Assembly: GCA_029260905.1 (NCBI GenBank)
Contig: JAJDCH010000009.1
Span: 26,498 to 90,497 of the forward strand
DNA: 64,000 nucleotides
Direction: 5' to 3'
Origin: Candidatus Levyibacteriota bacterium
GTDB lineage: Bacteria > Patescibacteriota > Microgenomatia > Levybacterales > UBA12049
Under the pieces are notes generated by a model that searched no databases, was not told where the DNA came from, and saw nothing but the letters and a program-made list of their open reading frames with translations. Made by a program: the position numbers and the translations under genes. This document shows, piece after piece, positions 55,813 through 64,000 of this stretch (position 1 is its first letter; each line of letters opens with the position of its first letter).

Positions 55813-57513
55813 TTATTTATGTTCTATATTAAAAAATGCAAAACCCGATTGCGGGATTGAGAGATAGCCTGGTGCTCTCAGGTTAAACGCTCTTTTGAAA
55901 TCATCACCACTCATGGAGACACCATTTATTGTGACATTGGCAGTGCTTCCGTTTCCTTGTGAGACAGAGACACTTGTCGCGTTTGATATGCCTCCTTTGC
56001 CTGAGGTGAGGCTTCGTAGCTCATCCATGCTGTAGGGATTTCCACCCCAGCAAGAAGTTGTAATAGGTGTAATTCGTCCTGTGTCAATTCCACCAGAATC
56101 ACGGAGTGCAATTGCAGCATTAACAATATCTGCCATCTCAGTTGGGCTTAGCCAAGGATTTGACCTGCCACATGTGTTTCCTGAATTGCTGTATCCTTGT
56201 CTCCACCATGATTTGTAGAGCCATGGAGATCCTCCGTCTTTTTCCCATGCTTTGTCAATAAATCTTGAGCCGCCAGATCCATCTTTGGTATCCCAACCAA
56301 TTGGTGATGCATATCCACCATGGGTTGACGCGTAGTAGGTGACTACATCTTCAAGAACCTGTCCTCGTGTTGACTCAACCGCGCTTCTCCAAGCAGCAGG
56401 TGGATTATCAGCTTTTCCAGAATTAAAAACCTGACATGATTCACTGGTACAGATCTCTTTACCTTCGACTTTATATCTATATGCATAAGTTCTTGCCGCA
56501 ACGGCTTGAGCTTTTAGTGCTTCAGGATGCCAACTGGATGGCATTTCTGCAATTCCCATTAGGTATCGTTCCTCAAAGTTTATCGAGCCATGTCCTGCAA
56601 CGTTTATATCCCCTCCTGTATCCTTGCTGACAGGCTGTTTGCCATAGTATGCATTCAAGATTGTTTTAAAGTCTTGTCCAGCCTGCGCGCGCCCTCTTGC
56701 TCCATATTGGCTCATTCCTTTTCTGTGCGTATATCCACCAAAAGAGAAAGCAGCAAATGAGCCACCTGGGGCTGATTCATTAAACCCCTTGATTGAGGAA
56801 AGGTATTCATCTGCAAGCTCGCCTGACCCAATTGTAAAAGTAAAAGTACCTGATCTTGCGGAAAGAATTTCTTGTTGCTTGGCAGATAGGTCTGCGATTT
56901 TTCCTGATAAATCGCTTTGATAGTTTTTGGCTCCCTTGACAACTTCATCAAGCTTGGCTGATTTTTCATCCAAAGATTTTTTGACTGATGCTAGTCTTTT
57001 TTGTTCATCTTCAAGGCCTGCCTTTTTGCGTTCTAGATCAACAAGCGTCAAAACCATATTTGTAATTAGAGCCTTGTCTTGTTTTGTTTTGGCTTGTTGG
57101 AGAGAGATAGTCCTGGTTGCATCAGATATATCTCCAACTGAAAAAAGCGCTAGAAACGGGCTTGAGTAGTAGGAGTTTATATAGAACTCACGTATAGTTG
57201 CAGAAATAACCCGTTCTTTTGCTTCAAACTCCTCATAGCCCTTATCAATTTCTTTTTTCTTAACAACAATTCCATTTTCAATACTAATGATGCTTGATTT
57301 TATTCCCTCAATTTGTTTTTTCATGCGGGTCAACTCTTCCTCAACTGGCTCAGTTGCTGCAATTGATTTAGCAAGCGCATCATTTAAGTTGGCAAGCTCT
57401 TTGTTGATATTATCTAATTCATCAGCCTTTATAAGTGATGGATGAGCAACAAGAAGAATACTTAACGAAAGTACAAAAGAGGTAAATAGAAGAAAAATCT
57501 TTTTAATGGGCAT
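55813..57513 (-). CDS. secreted coiled-coil protein with SpoIID/LytB peptidoglycan hydrolase domain
   Basis: Signal peptide, long coiled coil, HRKGMSQYGA...ILNAYY, YLMGIAEMPSSWHPEALKAQAVAARTYA. Confidence 0.85.
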   Translation of the reverse strand: MPIKKIFLLFTSFVLSLSILLVAHPSLIKADELDNINKELANLNDALAKSIAATEPVEEELTRMKKQIEGIKSSIISIENGIVVKKKEIDKGYEEFEAKERVISATIREFYINSYYSSPFLALFSVGDISDATRTISLQQAKTKQDKALITNMVLTLVDLERKKAGLEDEQKRLASVKKSLDEKSAKLDEVVKGAKNYQSDLSGKIADLSAKQQEILSARSGTFTFTIGSGELADEYLSSIKGFNESAPGGSFAAFSFGGYTHRKGMSQYGARGRAQAGQDFKTILNAYYGKQPVSKDTGGDINVAGHGSINFEERYLMGIAEMPSSWHPEALKAQAVAARTYAYRYKVEGKEICTSESCQVFNSGKADNPPAAWRSAVESTRGQVLEDVVTYYASTHGGYASPIGWDTKDGSGGSRFIDKAWEKDGGSPWLYKSWWRQGYSNSGNTCGRSNPWLSPTEMADIVNAAIALRDSGGIDTGRITPITTSCWGGNPYSMDELRSLTSGKGGISNATSVSVSQGNGSTANVTINGVSMSGDDFKRAFNLRAPGYLSIPQSGFAFFNIEHK

Positions 57514-57616
57514 AGGACTAATATTATACCAAACTTAGTAAAGCATATTTTACACGATTTGCAAAATTAAAAAAATGTGCTATTATGACAGGGATTCTGC
57601 CCCAGGCTTTAATTAT

Positions 57617-58144
57617 ATGGATCAAGACGCACAATTTCAGGATTACCCTGCATATACTGAAAAATCTTCTAACAAAGGCAAGTTTTTTGCGATATTTTTT
57701 GTAACTGTTCTTCTTATTGCTGGAGTTGTCGGAGGTCTTTATTTTATGGGAGCCAACCAGCAGACTGAAGAACCAGAAATTGCAGTAATACCAACTCTTG
57801 AACCAACTGCAACCCCTGATCCAGAAGCAACTAATTCAGCAGAAACTTCAGATGAAGATCTTGAGAAAAGCGATTTGACGGTTGATGTTCTGAATGGTTC
57901 AGGAGTTGCTGGAGCAGCAGGTGGTGTAGCAGCTACATTAAGATCTGCAGGATACACGATTGGATCTACAGGAAATGGGGATAATTTTGATTATGAAGGC
58001 ATAACTATTGTTATAAAAAGTGACAAAAAAGCCTTTCTTAAGCTTTTGCAGGCAGACTTAGAGGATGTGGCATCTGGAAGCGCTATCACATCAGAAACTT
58101 CAGATGATATTTCAGCTGATGCTGAAGTAATTGTTGGACAGTAG
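57617..58144 (+). CDS. LytR C-terminal domain protein
   Basis: TM, then VDVLNGSGVAGAAG...LRSAGY.IGSTGN...VIVG; start at ATG 57617. Confidence 0.88.
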   Translation: MDQDAQFQDYPAYTEKSSNKGKFFAIFFVTVLLIAGVVGGLYFMGANQQTEEPEIAVIPTLEPTATPDPEATNSAETSDEDLEKSDLTVDVLNGSGVAGAAGGVAATLRSAGYTIGSTGNGDNFDYEGITIVIKSDKKAFLKLLQADLEDVASGSAITSETSDDISADAEVIVGQ

Positions 58145-58239
58145 GCTTAATTCTTGGATTTATGATTTAAGAATTCTTTAAATTTTCTTTAGTTCCTCTC
58201 GTCAAATCTCCATAAATCTGATATTATAAATCATAGTTC

Positions 58240-58689
58240 ATGAAAATATTTATCGCTACAGATCACGCTGGTTTTGAATTTAAAAATCAGATTAAAGAAT
58301 TTCTTCTAGAAAAAGGTTATGATGTTGAAGATTGTGGGGCTCATGTTTTTGATAAAGAAGATGATTATCCTGATTTTATTTCAGTAGCTGCTGAGAAAGT
58401 CGCAAAGAATCCTGATGCGTTTGGGATTGTGCTTGGAAAATCAGGAGCGGGTGAGGCGATTGTTGCAAATAAAATAAACGGTATCCGTGCAGTTTTGGCT
58501 GTTTCTGAGAAAAATGCAATGCTTGCAAGAGAGCACAATGATGCAAATGTTTTATCTGTTGGATCAGAAATTGTTGATCACGAATTGGCAAAAAAATTAA
58601 TTGAAATTTTTCTTAATACTCCATTTTCAAACGAGGAGCGTCACCTTAGAAGAATAAATAAAATAAAGGAGATAGAAAAACGTGTTTGA
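58240..58689 (+). CDS. rpiB: ribose-5-phosphate isomerase B (Glu type)
   Basis: ATDHAGF, DDYPDF, GKSGAGE, ANKINGIRA, AREHNDANV, RHLRRI. Confidence 0.93.
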   Translation: MKIFIATDHAGFEFKNQIKEFLLEKGYDVEDCGAHVFDKEDDYPDFISVAAEKVAKNPDAFGIVLGKSGAGEAIVANKINGIRAVLAVSEKNAMLAREHNDANVLSVGSEIVDHELAKKLIEIFLNTPFSNEERHLRRINKIKEIEKRV

Positions 58690-59371
58690 AATTATCCCTT
58701 CGCCTGGTACAGAAAATAAAGATTTTGCTGAGATTGATGAGAAAATAAAATCAGTTAGAGAGCTTGCTAAGACAATCCATATTGACGTAATTGATGGAAA
58801 GTACGCTGATAATACTACTTTTTCAGACCCAAATCCTTTTTCAAAATATACCAAAGAATTGCCAAGCGGAGAAAGAGGACAGCTTGTCGGAGGTAAGGGT
58901 TTGGTGCTTGAGGTGCATTTGATGGTTGAGGATCCGCTAAGTTATGTAAAAAGATTTGCCGATGCAGGCTTCCATAGGTTTATTGGTCAAATTGAGAAAA
59001 TGCCGGATCAGGAGGCATTTGTTGCTGAGGCGCAGCTTTATGGAGAGGTGGCGCTTGCTCTAGATAAGCAATCAAGCATTGATGATTTGAAAGTACCTTT
59101 GTCTGATCTTGATTCGCTTCTTGTTATGACAATTCAAGCAGGATTTTCAGGACAAAAATTTGAAGAACAACTTCTTGAGAAGGTCAAAAAGATTAGAGAG
59201 AAAGATGAGTATCTGCCGATTGAGGTAGATGGTGGGATAAATGAGCATACAATTCAAATTGCAGCATCAGCTGGTGCGACAAGATTTGTGGCAACCAGCG
59301 CGATTTTTGGTGGGAAAACACCTCTTGAGCAATTCAAACTTCTCCAGGAAAAACTAAAACCGCTTCTTTAG
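58682..59371 (+). CDS. rpe: ribulose-phosphate 3-epimerase
   Basis: IHIDVIDG, EVHLMV, MTIQAGFSGQKF, IEVDGGIN. Confidence 0.93.
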   Translation: MFEIIPSPGTENKDFAEIDEKIKSVRELAKTIHIDVIDGKYADNTTFSDPNPFSKYTKELPSGERGQLVGGKGLVLEVHLMVEDPLSYVKRFADAGFHRFIGQIEKMPDQEAFVAEAQLYGEVALALDKQSSIDDLKVPLSDLDSLLVMTIQAGFSGQKFEEQLLEKVKKIREKDEYLPIEVDGGINEHTIQIAASAGATRFVATSAIFGGKTPLEQFKLLQEKLKPLL

Positions 59372-59407
59372 TATTGACCTACATATTAAGCTGCATATAA
59401 TAGACAT

Positions 59408-60694
59408 ATGTCAGATGAAGCAGAAATTGGAGAAGGGCAAGGGCCTTTGGCAAAAGATTTGGGTGTTCATGATGAAAAATTAAGCGGTAAAGAAAAAGAG
59501 GTGTTGCAAGTCCTCAGCCCTGATTTCAATAAAGATGGACACGGGCTTATTTTAGAAAAAATGAGGGCATTGGCTCTTTTATCTTGCGGAATTTCTTTGG
59601 ATGTTGCCAAGATGATCGGAAAAGACCATGATTCAACATCTGAGCATAGGGGTTTTATCGCAGTTTCTGAGGATAATCAGCAAGTTGTTTTTAAGATACT
59701 TGAAAGGTTAATTCCTGATTTTGAAGACTGGAAGAGCGCCAACTGGCATGATTTAGATCAGGCTAAAGTCGTTAGTCTACAGGAGCATATTAAATGGGCG
59801 TTCACTTCTGAAGAAGCAAGAAACTCTCCCAAAAATATCTCAGAAAAGAATTTAAAGCAACTCAAGTCAAGATTGGCAAAAGAATATTCTGCAAAAGACA
59901 TGGAAATAGAGGATGCCTACGACCTTGTAAAAGAAGCAGGCGGGATTGTGACACCTGAGCTTGCCGCTGTTCTTAAAAATGGGGATTACGATCTCCTCAT
60001 AGGAGATGATACGAGCGGTCGTCTATCTGCTTTGATACTTCATGATCTTACCCAGAGGTACGCGCGGGAAAATCCCAGCGCCAATGACCCGCCTCTTTTA
60101 TTTGTTGCGGGAGGACGTGGAATAGAGGAGAGAAAAGCAGCCATCCAGGATCATTTTCAGAAATTGTTTAAAAAAGCCAAACAGTCTCCAAGTCGGGCGC
60201 TGCTTGTGACTGAGACAATTGCAACAGGTAATTCGGAAAGAGTTTTTGCTGGGATGATGCGGGAAATTGGCGTTCCCACTGATATAGCAACAGTCGAGTT
60301 GATACAACCAGACCTATCGCCAAAAAGGCTAGAAGAAAATTCAGATAATGAAGGGTTAGAGAAGGAGCTTAGTCAGTTTGCAAATCATATAAAGCAGATA
60401 GTCGAACCCAGCAGGCTATTTATAAATTGGGTAGGCCCTGAATGGGGTAATGTGCACGGTAAGCCTCAAGGCACTGTGAAGAAGCTGAAAAATACAACAG
60501 CAGCACTTTCGGACTCAGACAGTATAGAGCATTCGACAAGAAAGATTGAAAGAATTGATCCGGTTACTCAAGAAAAAGTTTCAGATCCATGGATGATTGC
60601 AAATCCCAAAACACACAAAGCCGTTTTGCTACAAAGAGCATTTATTCCCCATGTGGTTGAGGAGCTGTATAAGGAATATTTTGAAACGGTCTGA
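59408..60694 (+). CDS. hypothetical protein with phosphoribosyltransferase-like C-terminal domain
   Basis: LLIGDDTSGR and ALLVTETIATGNS (degenerate PRPP-binding loop). Confidence 0.6.
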   Translation: MSDEAEIGEGQGPLAKDLGVHDEKLSGKEKEVLQVLSPDFNKDGHGLILEKMRALALLSCGISLDVAKMIGKDHDSTSEHRGFIAVSEDNQQVVFKILERLIPDFEDWKSANWHDLDQAKVVSLQEHIKWAFTSEEARNSPKNISEKNLKQLKSRLAKEYSAKDMEIEDAYDLVKEAGGIVTPELAAVLKNGDYDLLIGDDTSGRLSALILHDLTQRYARENPSANDPPLLFVAGGRGIEERKAAIQDHFQKLFKKAKQSPSRALLVTETIATGNSERVFAGMMREIGVPTDIATVELIQPDLSPKRLEENSDNEGLEKELSQFANHIKQIVEPSRLFINWVGPEWGNVHGKPQGTVKKLKNTTAALSDSDSIEHSTRKIERIDPVTQEKVSDPWMIANPKTHKAVLLQRAFIPHVVEELYKEYFETV

Positions 60695-60712
60695 ATATTT
60701 TTAGCCGTCTTA

Positions 60713-60928
60713 TTATTTATTTTGCGAAGAGCTGTTGATTGAACTTGTCATGATGGATGTTCTTTGAAGAATTAGATAAACTGAAAAAGTCGCCAAGACA
60801 ACGATAATTGCGATAAGAGAAACTATAAGTATAAGCGTTTTTCTTCCTGACTCTTTGTTGTAACCACTTTCTGCTTCATCTAGATTCGTAGAATAATCTT
60901 TTTTGATGGTTATATTTTTCTTGGGCAT
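60713..60928 (-). CDS. small single-TM protein
   Basis: ATG at 60928, 4 nt after the PBP stop; one hydrophobic helix. Confidence 0.55.
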   Translation of the reverse strand: MPKKNITIKKDYSTNLDEAESGYNKESGRKTLILIVSLIAIIVVLATFSVYLILQRTSIMTSSINSSSQNK

Positions 60929-60932
60929 AAAC

Positions 60933-63161
60933 TTATTGTCCTTCAGGCGGACTGGTTGTTGGTTGACCAGGTTGAGCACAAGAAATGCAGTATTTATTGC
61001 CAATCGAATCTGTTATAACGTCATGTTCCTGCTCTTCAACATTTTCTGTTTGGCCAGGTTTTGCTTGCTCCCCAGTAGTCTTATCAATAAAAACCTTTTC
61101 TTTTTTAATCGTTACGCTTGATTTGGATTCAGTACCTCTTACAAAATATTCAAACCTGGTGTTACATCCCTGTCCCTCTCTTGGTTCAATCCCAGTTGAT
61201 GAACAGACGTACTTTCCATAAACATTTGGTGGTTTTTGTGGAATTTCAGGATTTTTTCCTTCAAGAAGATGGTTCATCAGATTGTTCCAGATTGGGGCTG
61301 CGCCTGTGACTCCTGAGACAATTCCACTCATTGCAGAATGATCATTGTTTCCCACCCAAACAGCAACCAGATATGAGGGAGTATAGCCAATTGTCCAATT
61401 GTCACGATAGTCATTGGTAGTTCCTGTTTTGACAGATACGTGTTTGCCTGGAATTCTAAGCGCTGAATTTGGACCAAAAGCAGGGGTTCTTGCATTATTA
61501 TCACTTAAGATATCAGAAATTATAAATGCTACCTCAGATGGGATTATTTTTTTGCCAAATATAGGACTGTCTGGCGGTTTGTATTCTTCAAGCACTTTTC
61601 CTTCTCTGTTTGTTATTTTGAGAATTGGTTGTAGATCTACCCTATACCCTTGATTAGCAAGCGTTCCAAAAGCTGTTGCCATCTCCGTCATTGTTACTTC
61701 ACCTCCACCCAGGGTAAGTGCTAAACCATATCTACTTGGATCAGTAAGGCTTCTTAGGCCCATTGAATTTCCTATTTCAACCATTTGTTTAACACCGTTT
61801 ATTTTAAGCATCTGAACGGCTGGTATGTTGTATGAATTAGCAAGAGCCTGTCTCATTGAAACAATTCCATGAAATCTGTTGTCATAGTTTTTGGGGCAAT
61901 AAGGTTTTTGTCCGGGGTTTGGAAAACAAACTGCCGCATCAATAAAAGGAGTTGCAGCAGTATATCCGTTCATAAGACCAATCGCGTAATTGATTGGTTT
62001 TATAGACGATCCTGGTTGAAGTTTGGAAAGAGTTACATTTACGTTTGGTTCAAAGACACAATTATATCCAGGTATGCAACCCTCAGGCTCTGCCTCTCCA
62101 AAGTAATCCTTTCCTCCAACCATTGCCAATACCTCACCGGTTGCAGGATTGGTAATAAGCGCCCCCCCATTTCCGACCCGATATCCTTTTACATCATCAA
62201 GAATTGCTGAAACTGATGCTTCAGCATATTCCTGGATTTCCATATCAAGACTAGTTTGAATTTCAAGCCCTCCTTGTGTTACGACTTTTTCACCATATTT
62301 TTTAACCAAAAGATCTTTAAGATAAAACACAAAATGAGGTGCTTTTATTGGATTTGAGATTTTTTGAAACTCAAGTTTTTGACTAAAAGCGTCATCATAT
62401 TCTTTTTTTGTAATATATCCTTGTTCCTGCATTCTTCTTAGTGTTTCTTCTTGTCTTTTTTTACCTAGTTCAGGACGTGATCCATAAGGAGATAAAACAC
62501 TTGGTGATTCAGGCATAGCAGCAATAAAGGCAGCCTCAGCAAGACTCACCTTAGATACTGATTTTCCAAAAAAAGTTTGAGCCGCAGCTTCCACTCCATA
62601 AGAGGTTCCACCATATGGAACTTGATTAAGATACATTTCAAGAATTTTATCTTTTGGATAAAGCGCTTCGGTTGCAAAAGAAAGAATAACTTCTTTTACC
62701 TTTCGGTCTATTGTCCGTTCTGGTGAAAGAAGACTGTTTTTAACTAGTTGTTGGGTTAGCGTAGATCCGCCTTGAAGTTCGTCATGGACAATGATTGAAT
62801 AAAGCGCACGAGTAATTCCTCTTATGTCAATTGCGCCGTGTCGGTAGAAATCTTTATCTTCAATTGCAATTGATGCATGCTGCATATCTTCCGGGATGTC
62901 TTTAAGCGGTACAAATGTCTGATTGCGGTCTGCATAAATCGTGTAGAGATGCTCGCCATTTCTGTCATAAATTTTGCTTGAGTAAGATCCCGTGTTGGCG
63001 CCAAGCTTGGTAGGAGAAGGAAGATCGCTAAGGAGAAAAATATAAAGCCCAGCTATTGATACCAAGATAAAGACAAGAATTAAAAGTGGAATAAGAACCC
63101 TTTTCTTTTTAAGAGAAAATTTTTTTGCGTTCTTGATTACTTTTTCGTACCGCTTAATCAT
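60933..63161 (-). CDS. class A penicillin-binding protein (transglycosylase + transpeptidase)
   Basis: AIEDKDFYRH, QGGSTLTQQLVKN, ILEMYLN, QPGSSIKP (SxxK), SYN, KTGT. Confidence 0.96.
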   Translation of the reverse strand: MIKRYEKVIKNAKKFSLKKKRVLIPLLILVFILVSIAGLYIFLLSDLPSPTKLGANTGSYSSKIYDRNGEHLYTIYADRNQTFVPLKDIPEDMQHASIAIEDKDFYRHGAIDIRGITRALYSIIVHDELQGGSTLTQQLVKNSLLSPERTIDRKVKEVILSFATEALYPKDKILEMYLNQVPYGGTSYGVEAAAQTFFGKSVSKVSLAEAAFIAAMPESPSVLSPYGSRPELGKKRQEETLRRMQEQGYITKKEYDDAFSQKLEFQKISNPIKAPHFVFYLKDLLVKKYGEKVVTQGGLEIQTSLDMEIQEYAEASVSAILDDVKGYRVGNGGALITNPATGEVLAMVGGKDYFGEAEPEGCIPGYNCVFEPNVNVTLSKLQPGSSIKPINYAIGLMNGYTAATPFIDAAVCFPNPGQKPYCPKNYDNRFHGIVSMRQALANSYNIPAVQMLKINGVKQMVEIGNSMGLRSLTDPSRYGLALTLGGGEVTMTEMATAFGTLANQGYRVDLQPILKITNREGKVLEEYKPPDSPIFGKKIIPSEVAFIISDILSDNNARTPAFGPNSALRIPGKHVSVKTGTTNDYRDNWTIGYTPSYLVAVWVGNNDHSAMSGIVSGVTGAAPIWNNLMNHLLEGKNPEIPQKPPNVYGKYVCSSTGIEPREGQGCNTRFEYFVRGTESKSSVTIKKEKVFIDKTTGEQAKPGQTENVEEQEHDVITDSIGNKYCISCAQPGQPTTSPPEGQ

Positions 63162-63210
63162 TTTGACTCTCCTATTTTAGCAGATTTCTCGTTAAGGTAT
63201 AATAGGTCAT

Positions 63211-64000
63211 ATGCTATCAAATTTAGGCATTAACTTGCTCGATATCATTATTATTGCCGTAATTATGTTTTATGCCCACGAAGGATATATGTTGGGTTTT
63301 TTGGTTGCACTTATGGATTTGGCTAGTTTTATTGCGTCATTTGTTATTGCGTTGAAGTTTTATCCTTTTGTTGCAGACCTCCTGCTTATTGTTTTTCAAA
63401 TACCAATCGGAATTGCAAATGCAGTAGGTTTTTTTCTGCTTGCTTTTATAAGCGAAGTTTTATTTAGTCTTTTTTTAAAAAGGGTAGTTTCATCTTTTCC
63501 CAGAGCTCCAATTGATAATAGGCCTTACAAATTTTTTAAGAAAATTGATCATCTTCTTGGTGTTTTCCCAGGGATGATATCTGCCTTTATTGTTTTAGCA
63601 TTCATACTTAGCGTTATTGTTTCTCTTCCCTCAACTCCTCTTATTAAAAATTTGGCAACAGGATCAAAAATTGGATCAAGACTGATCGCAAATACGTCGT
63701 TCATAGAAAGTAAGTTAAATGCTGTTTTTGGTGGAGCGCTTAACGATACTCTTAACTTTCTGACAGTAAAACCAGAAAGTGATGAAACGGTTGAGCTTCG
63801 ATTTCGCGTGTCAGACGGAAAAATTTCAAAACAAGCAGAAAATGAAATGTTTACTCTTGTAAATAAAGAAAGGGTTGAGGCTGGCCTTCCTCCAGTTGTT
63901 TTTGATGAATCTCTTGCAGGTGTTGGGCGCTTACACTCACAGGATATGTTTGAGAGAGGGTATTTCTCGCATTACACCCCTGAGGGACTTGATCCTTTTG
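63211..64000 (+). CDS. CvpA-family membrane domain fused to CAP/SCP domain (runs off window end)
   Basis: Not in the ORF track. MLSNLGINLLDIII...EGYMLGF...IDHLLGVFPG, then MFTLVNKERVEAGL...HSQDMFERGYFSH. Confidence 0.85.
   Translation, partial: MLSNLGINLLDIIIIAVIMFYAHEGYMLGFLVALMDLASFIASFVIALKFYPFVADLLLIVFQIPIGIANAVGFFLLAFISEVLFSLFLKRVVSSFPRAPIDNRPYKFFKKIDHLLGVFPGMISAFIVLAFILSVIVSLPSTPLIKNLATGSKIGSRLIANTSFIESKLNAVFGGALNDTLNFLTVKPESDETVELRFRVSDGKISKQAENEMFTLVNKERVEAGLPPVVFDESLAGVGRLHSQDMFERGYFSHYTPEGLDPF

Noticed and set aside
1-64000. CRISPR array, rRNA, IS transposase or prophage
   Set aside because: No regularly spaced 25-40 bp repeats, rRNA-like tracts or hallmark genes were seen. The short periodic repeats have no spacers.
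1-64000. Alternative genetic code (TGA read-through)
   Set aside because: Conserved genes translate full-length with code 11, and several ORFs end at TGA with sensible gene junctions.

Overview
Chromosomal window of a low-GC, gene-dense bacterium. Gene content (CPR-type pilin/PrgI/VirB4 locus, DUF4012, class II RNR) points to Patescibacteria/CPR, probably Microgenomates (inference). It spans the replication origin region (dnaN-oriC-dnaA / rpmH-rnpA-yidD-yidC-jag). It also carries cell-wall genes (murD, murI, class A PBP, SpoIID-like), nrdR-nrdJ-pduO, gap/pgk/gmk/rpiB x2/rpe, smpB-tmRNA and eight tRNAs. No CRISPR array, rRNA, prophage or transposase is visible. Most notable points: (1) a relaxase-free, origin-adjacent T4SS-like cluster followed by two cell-wall hydrolase + membrane-partner pairs; (2) a perfect (TTTTTGC)x6 repeat at the 5' end of a VirB6-like gene; (3) a 99-bp element bounded by a duplicated tRNA-Ile 3' end and REP-like inverted repeats; (4) dispersed 7/8-nt periodic repeats, some in-frame inside housekeeping genes and some flanking a frameshifted four-helix-bundle gene; (5) an unusual translation set-up: tRNA-Ile(UAU), tRNA-Arg(GCG), an initiator-like tRNA lacking the 3 G-C anticodon-stem pairs, pervasive leaderless promoters and a 36-codon tmRNA tag. 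All family calls come from motif recognition by eye, not database searches.
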